Below, in pieces: positions 23,226 through 38,013 of a stretch of DNA of 64,000 bases. The DNA comes from Eledone cirrhosa. Its lineage: Eukaryota. The stretch spans positions 178,622,001-178,686,000 of the forward strand of contig OZ024740.1 in NCBI GenBank assembly GCA_964016885.1, written 5' to 3'. How positions within the stretch are numbered: position 1 is the first letter of the stretch; the number at the start of each line of letters is the position of its first letter. The translations under genes and the position numbers were made by a program. A model generated the notes under the pieces. The model searched no databases and was not told the origin of the DNA. It saw only the letters and a list, made by a program, of their open reading frames with translations.

Positions 23226-23671
23226 ACTAGACCTGAAAAATGCGCAAGCTCAAAAGAGCCACAGAATGTTATAATAAACCTTCAAAAGTGTGGGACTAGA
23301 GTTGTTGCTCAAAAATATTGTAATCATTATCTATCGTACACTCTCTGGCATCCTTTCATAAAAAAGAGTCTCATAACGAACTCAAGACGATACGATTATT
23401 ATCTAAGCTAATGTTCAATATCTCCTATTAGATGTTTAGTAATGATTAATACGAAATGCACTTAAACCGAATTCTATATTATAAATTCACTTAAATAATT
23501 ATTCTGTCGTTTTGAGTTCGTTATGAGTCTCGTTTTTATAAAAGGATGCCACAGAGTGTACGATAGATAATGATTACAATATTTTTGAGCAACAACTCTA
23601 GTCCCACACTTTTGAAGGTTTATTACAACATTCTCTGGCTCTTTTGAGCTTGCGCATTTTTCAGGTCTAGT
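23226..23671. mobile_element. MITE / non-autonomous DNA transposon with about 165-bp terminal inverted repeats
   Basis: ACTAGACCTGAAAAATGCGCAAGCTCAAAAGAGCC... is mirrored by ...GGCTCTTTTGAGCTTGCGCATTTTTCAGGTCTAGT; non-coding core; no hammerhead seen. Confidence 0.75.
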
Positions 23672-24414
23672 TTAATATTTTTTTTAAGGCAACGCTTGTA
23701 ATAACTCTAGTTAAACATGATATGTATTAATAATAAAGTATCGTTGTAATGTAATTAGATTATATAATTGTTATTTTATAAATGATCTTATAAATATTAT
23801 TGTAAGATGTATACAAATATTTTCAGACTTTTAATATAAACAACTACAAAAAACAATCAATATTAAATAAATATATTTTACATAATAATTGTTATAGTTG
23901 AATTAATAAAAATTAAATATTACATACAAATAGTCTAACATAATAATAAAAAATATAATCTAACATAATAATAATAAAATAATGTAACATAAAACGAACA
24001 ATAATATGGACAAATATACAAGTAAATATGATACAACCAATATTATAAGCACGTTATCACGAACTGAAAAAAAATAGTTAATATAAATTTAAAAAATCAT
24101 ATATAAATTAACAATATAACTTACCAAAACGAGAAAACTATTTTTATGATTAACGACGAAATAGAGGGAAAGATTCGAAAGTGAAACAAATAAACGTGCA
24201 AACAAAATGGCGGATGCTTTTGAGCAACAATTACTCTCATTGGTTGATTAGCCAATAAGACGATGAAATTAGCCAATAAGATTACAAAACATGTTTGGCA
24301 GCGACCTTCACCACGGCCAGCGACAACCCTTGAATTTTTTATTCACAAGCTACGCATATATGTCAGACACTCAGACTTAAAACATTCTGTTGTTAGTCAC
24401 TGCGTGTCTAACAG

Positions 24415-24445
<31 letters not shown>

Positions 24446-24566
24446 TATATATATGTAAAAATATTTCGTATCTCCAAAGAAATACGGTTTTAGGAAGCCG
24501 TAGCTATGCAAACAACGGGGGGTTGACGCCCTCTGGTGATGTCCAGCAGAAGCAAGGGTGACAACC

Positions 24567-24604
24567 ATCTATGCATTTCAGGCTTAACTGGCCTTCATCA
24601 GGAC
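24567..24604 (-). ncRNA. Minimal type I hammerhead motif
   Basis: gtc CTGATGA aggc-cagttaa-gcct GAA ATGCAT A gat. Confidence 0.75.
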
Positions 24605-24889
24605 GATCCCTCCCACCGCTCGCGACTGCTGGACTAGAAGACAGGCGAGAATATATAGTTTTCTCGTCTGTGTAAATGAGGTGATTAATCTCATTTGCAT
24701 ATGAAGCTGCATAAGTTGGCTCAACTTATAATAAAAAAGAAATAGGATTTCGCTTCAAGTATAGCTTCATACAATATGTATAAATATTTCGTATCTCCAA
24801 AGAAATACGGTTTTAGGAAGCCGTAGCTATGGAAACACCGAGTTGGTAACGCCCTCTGGTGATGTCCAGCAGAAGAAAGGAGGACAACC

Positions 24890-24927
24890 GTCTATGCATT
24901 TCAGGCTTAACTGGCCTTCATCAGGAC
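24890..24927 (-). ncRNA. Minimal type I hammerhead motif, second copy
   Basis: gtc CTGATGA aggc-cagttaa-gcct GAA ATGCAT A gac. Confidence 0.78.
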
Positions 24928-25699
24928 CGTCCCTCCCACCTTGGAGATACGAAATATTTATACATATTGTATAAAGCTATGCTTGAAGCGAAATCCTATT
25001 TCTTATATATATATATATAAAGTAAGAGAAACACAAAGACAAATCCCGCTCATCGGCTGTCTTTTGTGGACCACTGATCTTTCGAACGCAATAAAGACAG
25101 TACATCTCACCACTGTGCCTTGGTAACTAAAGCGATAGCTAACCGGGGAACAAAAAACAGACGACAATAATGAGAACGACAAAAACAGAAAACAAAAAAG
25201 GAAGACATACCAATAGAGACAGATTTACATATAAGTTGCAGTAACCGGGGGCAGAGAAGTTAATACAGAGACGGAACAGAAGTCCTGAACCCGTACTAAC
25301 AGCACGAGGGAGAGCGAAGAAAAAAAAACGTCTCATCATAGCGAGAACAGGTGCAAGGAGGCAGAGACGAACGAAAATGGGAGTAGGGGGAAGTGGTAAG
25401 GGATCATAGAGAGGCGGAGAAAGGAGATAGATGTTAAGAGAAAGAGAGAGAGAGAATAAGTGTGTTGGAACGAGACAAAAAGAGAGAAAGAAAGAGAAAG
25501 ATAGAGAAAGGAAGAAGGAAAAGAGTTAATCGAAATTGGCTGAACTTCAGTTCAAACCCGAATTAAATACAAGCGAGAGAGGGAGAATAGAGAGGAGAGA
25601 AGGGATGTCACAGCAATAAATCAGTATGGATTAAAAGGTGACAAAGGCGCTATATATATTATATATGTGTGGGTGGCTGTGTGTGTGGGTGGGTGGGGG

Positions 25700-26230
25700 T
25701 TGTTATTCTTCTCTGTCAGGCTCCAGTATGCATTTGGAGACTTAGACACTGGTTTCAGATTTGAATTCCGTACATCAGGTGGGTTATCCGACCACCAGCG
25801 ATCACCCTTTAAGGCTAAAATCTTTACACAAACAAGTGTTATTCGTTATTTGCTGTTCGCTGGTGATACAGCATTTGTTCAACATCCGTGGATGTGTCAC
25901 TATAACTGATGCATCGCTCCTCGCTTGCCTGTAAAGCATTTAGTTTAGCAATCACTGTTAAGAAGACCAAGGCCAACAATTCCCAGAGAGTTAGAAGATG
26001 TTGGACAAAGACAGCCGGGGCACGAGCATCCCCATTTTCCAATCACTGTTGATGATAAGGTTCTGAAGTATGTGAACTCCTTTACTTACCTATGCAGCAA
26101 GGTGAACCGCTTTGCATCCCTTGCTGATGAGATCGTCAATCGCAACACTAACACAACTGACGCCTTTACCAAATTATATCATCGTCTATGGGGTGTCAGA
26201 GGTATATCCCTGAAAACGAAAGTTGCATTA
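25700..26230 (+). pseudogene. Degenerate RTE-clade LINE reverse transcriptase fragment
   Basis: FRFEFRTSGGL...IRYLLFAGDTAF resembles the RTE/BovB RT region around LLFADD. Downstream frames give F(S/G)L.I.VKKTK- and V..FTYL-like remnants. Confidence 0.6.
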
Positions 26231-26239
26231 TTTTTTGTG

Positions 26240-26410
26240 CCGAGCTACTGAAAATACACTTATATGGCTCGTAGTCGATGTGGTTAGCTCTAAGTTTACA
26301 TCAACGAAATTTACATTTGTAAGATTCGTACAAATAATTTTAAGTCCCAATGTGTGAAAGGTGTCAATTAAATTTACGAAATCTGTCCAGAGTGTGGCCG
26401 TTATAATCAT
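26240..26410 (-). pseudogene. Penelope-like RT C-terminal fragment
   Basis: FHTLGLKIICTNLTNVNFVDVNLEL resembles the PLE motif GLKIT...VNFLDVTL.L. Confidence 0.55.
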
Positions 26411-27375
26411 GTGAAATCAAAAGACCATTGTCTCGGTATAGACCGAATAAGTGGATGGGGAATTTAGACGTTAGTGTGTGAGAAATGTATAAGACAATAA
26501 GATTACAAACGTCAGCACTGGCTAAATAGGAGGAGGATTATTGGTCACACTAAAGGATAAAAATCTAAACTCGACAAAAGGCAGTGGAACTCGGGAGAGT
26601 CAATGGCCATCTAATAGTGTATAGATATGTTTATATGTATATATCGTGAGGGTGTATACATAGAGACGTGTGGGATTGATTGCGTATGTAAAAGTCGGGG
26701 AAATGATTACATTCTTCAATGAATAATGCTATTTTGATTATTCTAACGACTACGGGAGACAACTCGTTACATATGTTGTATAGTTTGTTATGAAGCCGTA
26801 TTTCCCCAACCTAGGTTCTCTGGAAAATTCTATTTGGATGTACAATATTATACAACGTTCAGTAAGATATTTATCATATTTTTGAGAATAAGGCACTTAA
26901 AAATCTTACTCATATACGCCATTCGCAAAACATACAATAAGGAATTTTGTGTTACCATATGTAATGCAGTTAGCAGTTGAAACCTACTTAGAAATAATTA
27001 TATAGTGATGCTGAATAGGAAATATTCACTTTTGACCAAAATCGCAATAATTATGCTGCTGAGTACGAAAGACAACTCAGGATCTCTTTATGTCTTATGA
27101 GATACTCGACACGAAGAATATTTCAATATTTTTTTCAGGAAGCGGAGGTTTTAATATATTGTCAAAATTTTATATTTTCATGAATCAATATAATATGCAA
27201 GAACTTTCTCCAGTTTGGTATACAACTGCATACAATTTTTGAAGTCTGTTCTCGAGCCAAGACTTCACACAAAGGAACATACCTATTTAAAAGATTCAAT
27301 TTATAAAGAGAATAATGAAATAATCAATTTATTATTATTTTTTAAATTTTGTTTTGTCTCCGCATATGAACTAAC

Positions 27376-27512
27376 GTGGGGGCGCGTGACCTAGAGGTGG
27401 ACTTGCGATCGTATTGGGATTACGATCATAAATGTCGTGGGTTCGATTCCTGGACTGGCCTGTTTGTTCAGCTCTTGAGCAAAGCACTTCATTTCACGTT
27501 GCTCCAGCTGAA
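27376..27512 (+). mobile_element. SINE S2-related copy, 3'-truncated
   Basis: GGCGCGTGACCTAG head, GGTTCGATTCC B box, CTTGAGCAAAGCACTTCATTTCACGTTGCTCCAG. Confidence 0.7.
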
Positions 27513-27952
27513 AACAATGGTCTCCGAGTCCTTCATAATAGAATATCATTGTGTATAGATATGTTAAATTTAGTTGTTGTAATATTTTAAAAAACATTTA
27601 TAATCAACGAATCATAAACCCAATTATTATTGTTTTTTATTATCAATCATATGTTTTAAACAACTATCATCAGAAATTTGAGTCGGTAATTTCAACAAAC
27701 TCAGTCGTCACACAGCATTATTCTCTGTTATCATCAGTTAAATATAGAAAGTAGAGAAGTATATAGTCTAGTGTCTTCGAGTGGCAAAATCTGACCGTAC
27801 TTTTTCAACTTGTTTTGTATTTTTCTTCTTATTTTCTAAAATCTATGTAATATATTAGCTTATACCTTGCTTATACCTCTGTAACATATTTGCTTATACT
27901 TTACATCGGTAATTTCGATGAATACGTGGCATGTCTCTCTATTCCAAAGTTG

Positions 27953-28050
27953 CAAGATATGTACGCATATGTAAGCAAATGCTACTAAAACCAAGATATG
28001 TACGCTAAAGTAAGCAAATGCTACTAAAACCAGTCGTAAGCAAATGCAAA
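27953..28050. repeat. Short tandem repeat, about 39-bp unit
   Basis: CAAGATATGTACGC...GTAAGCAAATGCTACTAAAAC twice plus a partial unit. Confidence 0.7.
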
Positions 28051-28567
28051 TAAAAATAGTCGAAAAATTCTATTTTACTGAACATCAAATTCATACCACG
28101 TGGCATGAAGAAAAAACCACGAGTTGCATTCTAAGATTTTGTCTTTTTAACCTTGGACAAAGTTTTAGCTGATTATATCACTGAAGGTATAATTCTATGT
28201 TTAACCTTTGCATAAGAAAGAAATGAATTTTGCTCGTGACAAATCATTTTGAAATGACCTTTGATGTCCAGCAGCATTAATGCCGAATTGGTCCTTTTGT
28301 TCACTTTAAGCGTCCTTTTATTTCTAAGCAGCGAACGTTTATATTTCCTCGATAAAAGCTGTATTGAGCAGTATGACGAATGATGTCCAGATATAACTAT
28401 CGGATGAACCAGATTTTATTAAGGAAAGAGTATTAGTTAGCAGCAATGAAAGTAACCTATGACATAAAGGAAATTATGAATAGAAGGGAATCTGAAAAAT
28501 ATAGAAAGAAAAGAGAGAAAACAGGCGAGGACGGAACATTATACATTTGTGAGATTTAGCATGTGTA

Positions 28568-28892
<325 letters not shown>

Positions 28893-29092
28893 TAGATAAT
28901 AGATATTTAAATAGATATGAAGAACACAAATCCATACAGAAATATCTATATATATTCCTAACTTAGTTTCACAATCATTCAAATATCTTTACGCCTGCCT
29001 AGTGTGTCTAGGTATGTACAAAATTGTATCTCCTCATACAATGTACCTTTACGCTTGCGCACAACACACACATGGGCACGCAACGACCTCTC

Positions 29093-29138
<46 letters not shown>

Positions 29139-29432
29139 AAGCAAAAGTACAAAATGTAGAGAAACGTATAGTCGAATGTAAAAATTCACTTTGAGATGAC
29201 AGACACAAAGCATTTCTGTTCTGAACATCAGACATATGTAGAAACTTAATAGATCACAAGATGTCAAGGGCTGAAAGAAAAATGTGTAACAGGGAGGTAA
29301 TATAAATGACTTCACATCAATAAAACTGACACCTGTAACAAAAGTTTCCATGTTACAATCTGTATTTGTGGTACACTCGATTCTTAGTTAAACATTCAAT
29401 GACAATTCACATTCACACCCACCCACTCACAC

Positions 29433-29504
<72 letters not shown>

Positions 29505-30247
29505 TAGAAATATATAGATAAGCAAATTAGATGATTTTCGATTTATCAGACGCCGATTGTCTTTATGACATGAAAATGTCTAATAGGTGATATATTTCGT
29601 AATTGAAATGAATTAAGGAGCTACTATTGGCGAAACACATGATGACAAAATTAGATTGATTTTACTATATAATATATGAGATAACGTATTTGAGCCTGCA
29701 ACAATCTGCTGCTCTGAAAATAGACGTTTTGATGTTTTTACGTTCTTTTACATGTTCTTAAATTTGATCCTTAATTTATATCATTTTTACAGGAAAAGGT
29801 TTGAATGCCTTTTAATAAACCTGTTATTAGCATGATTATAATTTATTACGTAATTTCTTTTTAGATGATCAATTATACACATAAGCTCTCAGGTGGGTAG
29901 GTGGGTCTCTATCCTACTTCGACATTAATCTAACTTACAGGGAGTTACATCTATGATTAGTTATATGAAATATGTTGTTGTGTAGATTAATGCAATTACG
30001 CACTAGCAAAATATATATGACACTGGTGGTCATAAATACTTTTTTTCATGTATTCCTGCATGTTGAACCCAATGTGTTTTCAGAGATTTTCTGTCATCAA
30101 TCTTGCTCCAACGTACGCGCTTATGAAAGGAACATGTATATATATTGACCGATTATCAGAATCAACAAACTGGCCGATAATATCGACACCTATTATTTGC
30201 CGATTAATCCCCCCCCTCCATCCTCCCTCCCTCTTTCTCAATCCCCC

Positions 30248-30339
<92 letters not shown>

Positions 30340-31249
30340 GGAGGTGCACGTTTCTAGGGAGGAGTTTTTTTTTTCTTTCTAGTATACATTATCCATACGA
30401 TTATTTGCAAATTGAATTGTTTGCGATTTAGTGTTGTGGCCTCCTGATTGGGGTGTGCCTTGATTTACGTTATTTTTGTTATGTTTATTTCCATAGTATT
30501 TGCCCCTCTCATTTTTCCCCTTGTGTTTTTCCTTCGTCATTGACTAAACAATGGTTTCTTTAATTTTCCTACTTTTTTCTTATGATGTTTGTTTGGCTTC
30601 TAATATTGCTACATGAGTAGAGCTGAGTGAGTACTAACTTTTCTTCGTAATTGCAACGTATTCTGGTTGGTGCATATGTTGCATGGTATGTCCTGATTAT
30701 GTTGATATTCTTTTCTGCTTAAATTATATCTACGAAGATCAAATTCAATGTTTTGGCTATCGTATTATTAAATTTTATTGGACTGGTACTTCATTTATCC
30801 ACAAGGAGATCTGTCTATTTACATCCAAAGTTATTTGCACCTATAGATTATTGCCTTATTTGTATTCTCTATCATTTTAGTTGTTCTGGTTAGAATGGTC
30901 CTGATTGTTTATATTTTGTAGGTTTTCTAATGTTCCACTTTAATCTGTTTTTTTTTAAATTTTGTATGTGGTTTCCTTTCTGAATGATTTTAGCATGAAG
31001 GATTTTATTTCTCTTTGATTGTGTTTTTATTTGCTTATTTTATATCGATAACTCAGCTAATAAGTAACTGTGTGTCTCATGAAGTTTCCAGAAGCGGCAG
31101 TACACTTCTAGCCACAACTGTGCGCATACATATTTGTGTCGTCTCTACGCACATTATCCTGTCCATAATAAAGGCAAGCAGAGGAATTTAAACTTCTTCA
31201 GCATCACATGTTATGTCTGTCTAATATAAAGTTATATCAAAATGTCCGA

Positions 31250-31470
31250 CTGAATACGCACGAGTGTCTTTTTCACCTCATGTTACCTTCATTTTCCCTG
31301 TTCCTTCTTTGTATCATTCTTTACTTTCTATTTATGTTATATTTCTTACACTATCTTCTGATGAAATACTAGTGCCCGAAACGTTAAGACTCTCTTCCTA
31401 CTGTTTCAAGCGTTAAACTAATATATTTCTTCCATGTACTGTGCCGTTTGTTTTGTTATTACTGTCCACC
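31250..31470 (+). mobile_element. Short hammerhead-carrying repeat; related copy at 37215-37422
   Basis: tctt CTGATGA aatactagtgccc GAA ACGT T aaga. Downstream AAGACTCT..CAAGCGTT.AACTAA is shared with 37347-37383. Confidence 0.6.
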
Positions 31471-31484
31471 TTTTACACACACAC

Positions 31485-31870
<386 letters not shown>

Positions 31871-32753
31871 GTATCTTCACATACTTGTAACTTATTGTAT
31901 GACATCATTTCTATTAAGATATGGCCCTTAAGACCAATAAAGAATGGATAGTTGTAGTTATTTTGTTGTTGCTACATTTATTATTGTTGCAATTGGAGCT
32001 TTTATTAATTGTGCTGTTGTTGTTCTCATGTTCACCACATTGAGCGAAAACATGAGAATGGAGACAAATAGATTATAAACAAAATATAGTAAAAAGTAAA
32101 ATAGATTACAAGAATTATTAAACTTACATAAATTACATGAAATTTTGGTAAAGCTCCTTAGGACCATGAAAATAGTAAATGTAGCTGTATAAAATATTTC
32201 TTTTAAAATATTTAAAATTAACTAACAAAGCTTTGAGAGAATTTTGTTAAGAATTTTTGTCGACATAAAATATGGTGACATTTTTTGTATTCATTTTCTC
32301 TTTCAGTTTTCAGGTTTGTTTTCGTTTTTTCAGACATCCATAAATTACAATAAAGAAATTAAAAATGAGTAGCTTCCTTTTATGTCCAACATTTATTCCC
32401 GATTTTCTTTAAAATTCCATCTAGAGTAATTAGTATTGTCTGAGATATGTTCCCTTTGCGTTTTTATAAAGTTGCATTCGCTTTACTATTGAACCAGGTC
32501 TTATAAAAAAGAGTTAATATATTGCTTTCATTAAAATTGCCATTCCTACAAAATCGACATCTGAAACAAAAGTTGAAAATAAATGAATAAAAATAAGGAA
32601 ATAAAATATTTTGATTCTTTGATAGTTTAACTAATATGAGAAAAATAAAAACAAAAAGAGAAATCCTTATTTCATGAACATTAATTTCGTGATATCTTAA
32701 GATACTTGTTAACCACAATCATTTACGACTTGAATTGAAACTTTGAATGATTA

Positions 32754-32843
<90 letters not shown>

Positions 32844-34289
32844 GCATACGCGCAAGTAATTAGTGGGTAATTAACAACTTAACATTTAGAAACGATTTGA
32901 AGTTGTGTAGCACACTACACATTATTATCTCAAAAAAATATGACATTCTGAAAATTAAATCATATGCATTTAAATAAAAAGTTAGTAAATTACTGATAGT
33001 AATACGTTATAACTATTAAAATATATTTCTATATAATTTCCTTATTCGTGTAATCTTCAATGAATTAAAAAAATCACGTTTTGCATGACATCATATTAAA
33101 CAGATGTTATGATGGCTTCAAGCAAAGAATTATCATTCGTTGATTTGTTATGAGAAATTTTATATTTTAAATCTGCTGTTGGAAGATAAAGTATTTTTAA
33201 CTTTGAAGAATGATGTTAATATTTATTTCTATAGGTTTTTATAATGTGTATATTTCATGTTTTCTATGTATTTTGTGCATATATAACCTCATCTAGTAAT
33301 TTCGTTTTCACATTTCTTTATATTGTTGTGAATTCGTTGCAATAATAATAATTTAAAACAATTTTCTCTGTTTCCTATCATTTAACCAGAATTCCAAATA
33401 CAAAGATTTAAAGGCAAATTAATAAAAGATTGATTCATTTTTGACATTAACAAAAAATCGAATTGAAATAATCAATTTTTTTTTCAAATATCAGTCTATG
33501 ATTAAATGTTCAGGAAAATATTTTAGTGTTTGTATTTTATCATTAATTTACATGATTCCAAACATTTAAAATTATTTTTCTTTCACCACAGCTTGAATAC
33601 CAAACTTTCCCTTCTATTTCAACGAGTGAATATTCAAGTTATGCAATCAACAGCACTATCAACTTAATGAGTTACAGGAGCAATGATTAAATATTCCTCA
33701 GCCAATTGTACCCTTACATTAATACACAGTTTGAGCTCGCGAATTCCAATTAGAGTTGATCAAACGATTTTCCATGCAGCTCACATCTACCCAATTAAAG
33801 TTTAGATTTTTTTTTCACTTGTTATCGGATAAATTATTGCAAATAGAGAATGCTTTGTTTAATTGGTTTTCTGTTCATCTGAACACGGATGTTTTAATTC
33901 ATTATTTGGGTCTGTGGGAGAGAACAGTAAAGTTATATAGTCCCCGAGATCGGGGAGTTTGATGCAATTAATGTTTCACTTAATCTATTACAAGTCCTCC
34001 TCTTTTGGAACTTACTTGAAAATTGAAGGTGCAATAGGGCCGATGTACTGGGCAGAAATAACTAGGCGTAATATATATATATATGTGTGTGTGTATGTGT
34101 GTGTGTGTGTGTGTGTAATTATGTACGTATATGTATATATATATTATATATATATATATAAAGTATTTCATGCACAAACACTAACCGTATATTTTATATT
34201 ATTCTCAACGGTCTAATCTATTTTTTTATTTATATTATTTTTCCTCTCTTCTTTGACTTCCCAACTCCCACTATAGTTACCACCACTAA

Positions 34290-34480
34290 ACTCTCCATTT
34301 CACAGTGGAGACTTCTGGTATCCTTGGCCCCAGGGCTACTTCCCTACGCATCACCATAGGCGCTGAGTTGGCCAGCTGCAGGTGTGAGCCTCGTGAGATG
34401 GAATGGCTTTTCCAGCTCATCTCTCTTACTATCCTCCAGAGAAACGCCTTCTCCATTCTGTCCGCCGCGGCTGTGGGGCG
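34290..34480 (+). pseudogene. 3' fragment of a CRE-type RLE non-LTR retrotransposon
   Basis: VETSGILGPRA...EPREMEWLFQLISLTILQRNAFSIL resembles the CRE-clade C-terminus (VET.G..GP.A...PRE..FL.QRLS.AIQRGNA..IL). Confidence 0.6.
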
Positions 34481-36165
34481 GCCAGCATGTGGGATCCAAT
34501 TTGATCACAATACAGAAAGATTGGGAGGGCGAGAGAGATGGACAGTGGGAATTTGGCTCTTCCGTGTTCGGACACATTGCACCTGTCATGTGTAGAAATT
34601 CCTCTCGCCCTACTTTTTCCATTGTTCCATGTATACGAGTTCTCATTCTCATTATGGGTGGACATATGAATTTTCCGCGTCACGCCAAACTAGTTAATTT
34701 ACTTACTCATATATATGTATGTATCATTATTCATAGCTTCTAATATTCTACGCAGTTAAAAATACTAGCCTTTTATCAAACATCGAAGTAACTTCCATCA
34801 TATTGATAAGAAATGTTTACCTTTATCTTGTAATGTCTCATATCATCAGTTAAAGCTAGTTTTTGATTTTTACAAAAAATAAATAATAAAGAAAATCCTG
34901 ATATTTTCTGGCCTTTTTCTGAACTCTATATATTGTGAACTATATTGAGCTCAATCACGAGACATTGCTCAGAGGATGATGATAATAGAAACATATTTTT
35001 GCATTCACCAGTATTATTTCATTATAACCTCATATGCCTCGAGTTCTGATTCTTAAATAAAGCTCTATATGCATTTTGATAATTATAAGAAAGCACCGTT
35101 TTATTGTGCAATAAACATTTTTAATATATCAATAAAATTAACTATATATTTTGTCTTTTCCATGAATTATTTCCTAAATTCTCAAAAGAGGAAATGTTTC
35201 TTATTATTCTGTGAAATTATATGTTCAAAATTGAACTTGAATTGTTTTATTGTCAATTTTATGATTTGAGGTCTGACTCTTGCAATTTGCATCGGAGACT
35301 TAAATATGATTACATAGGAGGAATTTTCGGTTCAATATACTCGTGTAACGGGATTTAGTTCATCACAACAATTAGTCGAATGACTTTATGTAGGTAGTTC
35401 AAAACTGGCCAGAATCTATTACTCTCTCACACGCTGATGTTAGGTATATATAAACATCGGTTTATATATACCGAACATCTAAAACACTGTATTTTTTTCT
35501 GAATCACCAGTCTGAATAGCAGATCGATAATAGAGTCGGTTTCATAAAACATATGGGCGACCTTGAGCCAATCCTCTGCGAAACGAGCGTAAAACGTCGA
35601 TACACATAAAAAAACACTATATACATGTGAATGGAACTTCATCGTTTTTCTTTATATATATATATACATATGTATGTATATATAAATGTGTGTGTGTGTG
35701 TGTATGTGTGTGTGTGAGTTTATGAGTGTGTGTGTATGTGTGTGCGTGTGTTTCTGTGTGCTTGTATGTGGAAAAAGCAAACAGAAATAACAAAGCAAAC
35801 AATGAATATAATATTAGTTTTACGCTTGGTATCAGAAAATAGATTTAGAAATTGAAGAACAAATAGAAAGGTAGAGGAGACGAAGTCTGGGCAGTGGCAA
35901 ACACGAGAGAAAATTCTTAGAGAAAAAATCTGTCTGTTAAAGTTACCATCTCTTGGAAAACTGTTGATTTTGGCGTTGGTGTATAAGAGAATCAGTTGGT
36001 CTTTTTTTAAAAGGCGGTGATCGAACGCGTCTAGCTGAAAAGGAAAATAACATCGTTTTGGATATAGAAATATGCTTTCGCGCGTCTCTGTGTGTTTGCT
36101 GTTTGTCTTTACAAAGCTAAGAGAGTATATATATCTATATAAGTGTAAGAGTATGTGTTTGTAAG

Positions 36166-36203
<38 letters not shown>

Positions 36204-36440
36204 TTAATTGTTGTCGGTCTGTTCAAACCATATGAGTCAGTGTTTCTGACCGTAACAGATCCATGGGAACCTAGGGTGTGAATGCGCGTCCGCATTCTAT
36301 ATATATATATAATCAATTTATATAAATAATGGTGTGTTCATGCTATAATATATATATAACTTTGATAGGTTTCTGGCAATATTGACCCAGGCCATGTCTA
36401 ACTAAATAGCACCACTATATATATATGTATATATATATAT

Positions 36441-36917
36441 CCAGGGAGTATAACTTGGAGTTACTGTAATTTCACCCGTGTGAGCACTCGATGTTTAGGT
36501 TCATTTCTGTGTCGAGGTGTAGAGCTAGACAGAGTGTATTATATATATATATATCGCAGAAAAGAAGAGAACCAGTGTTGCGACGAATGGAATTTATTGG
36601 ACATATTACAATCGTTTCTTTGGCGACCGGCTCGAGGGACGATCGATGTGATGATCAAACCTGACTCTGAAAATCAAGAAGAATCAAGAAGAATCAAGAC
36701 GTATCTGAGGACCTTGCCATTTTCAGAGTCAGGTTTGATCATCACATCGATCGTGCCTCCAGCTGGTCACCAGAGAAACGATTGTAATATGTCCAATAAA
36801 TTCCATTTGTCGCAACACTGATTCTCTTTTTTTCTGTGATATCATACTCTGCTCTATTAGAGCATCGAGTGCTCATACGGCCTACCGCATACGGACGCTT
36901 TAAGCATCCAACACCAA
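36441..36917. mobile_element. Fold-back Penelope-like remnant in (TA)n with a long-stem-II hammerhead
   Basis: Arms about 36555-36672 / 36719-36840, extending to 36476-36493 / 36863-36880; acgtat CTGAGGA ... GAAAC gatt GTA atatgt then AATAAA. Confidence 0.68.
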
Positions 36918-36939
36918 TTATATATATATATATATATAT

Positions 36940-36972
<33 letters not shown>

Positions 36973-37214
36973 GAGAGAGAAAGAGAGAAAGAGAGAGAGA
37001 GAGAGAGATGTTTGAACGTGTGCCAACAAAGTGTGAGATGAAATTGTATAAAGTGCATACATGTAATGAGGACCCTGTTGTCTGCGTATGGAAAATAACG
37101 AAAAAAGTCCAATCAATCTACGCTACCCTCGCAATGACATGACCGGCCATGAAAGCAAGCAAGGGAAATAGTTGTGATAGCCCGTGTTTTTCTGCAGTGA
37201 CCTCAACATTGCTG

Positions 37215-37596
<382 letters not shown>

Positions 37597-37915
37597 CTCA
37601 TCCATTATGTACTATTATCTGTTTTTCTAAAGCAGTTCAATGAGCTTTCAAAGATAAATGCCTGCTATTTCTAGCCGGATAGTCATCCACTTAGACAATA
37701 TCTTAGTTGTTAAGGCAACTACGTTTTTAGAATATATATAACCTATGTTTCTGGTTACAATGGTCTTGAAAATTCCCTAATAGGATTATTGTATTTTATA
37801 TTCATATATAATGCAATCTCAGGTTCTGGGACCTGGAAATTTTCAGTGGAAATGAAAAAGAATTTAGTAGCAAAACGCACACACCCATAAACACGCACAC
37901 ACACACACGCACATT

Positions 37916-37947
<32 letters not shown>

Positions 37948-37982
37948 TACACACATATATATATATATATTTATGTGTGTGT

Positions 37983-38013
<31 letters not shown>

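Larger units (their letters stand above)
24455..25005 (-). mobile_element. Penelope-like / retrozyme-like unit: direct repeat (period about 323 bp) plus a terminal inverted segment, in (TA)n
   Basis: 24458-24617 is repeated at 24783-24940; 24941-25004 is an inverted copy of about 24737-24800. Confidence 0.78.
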
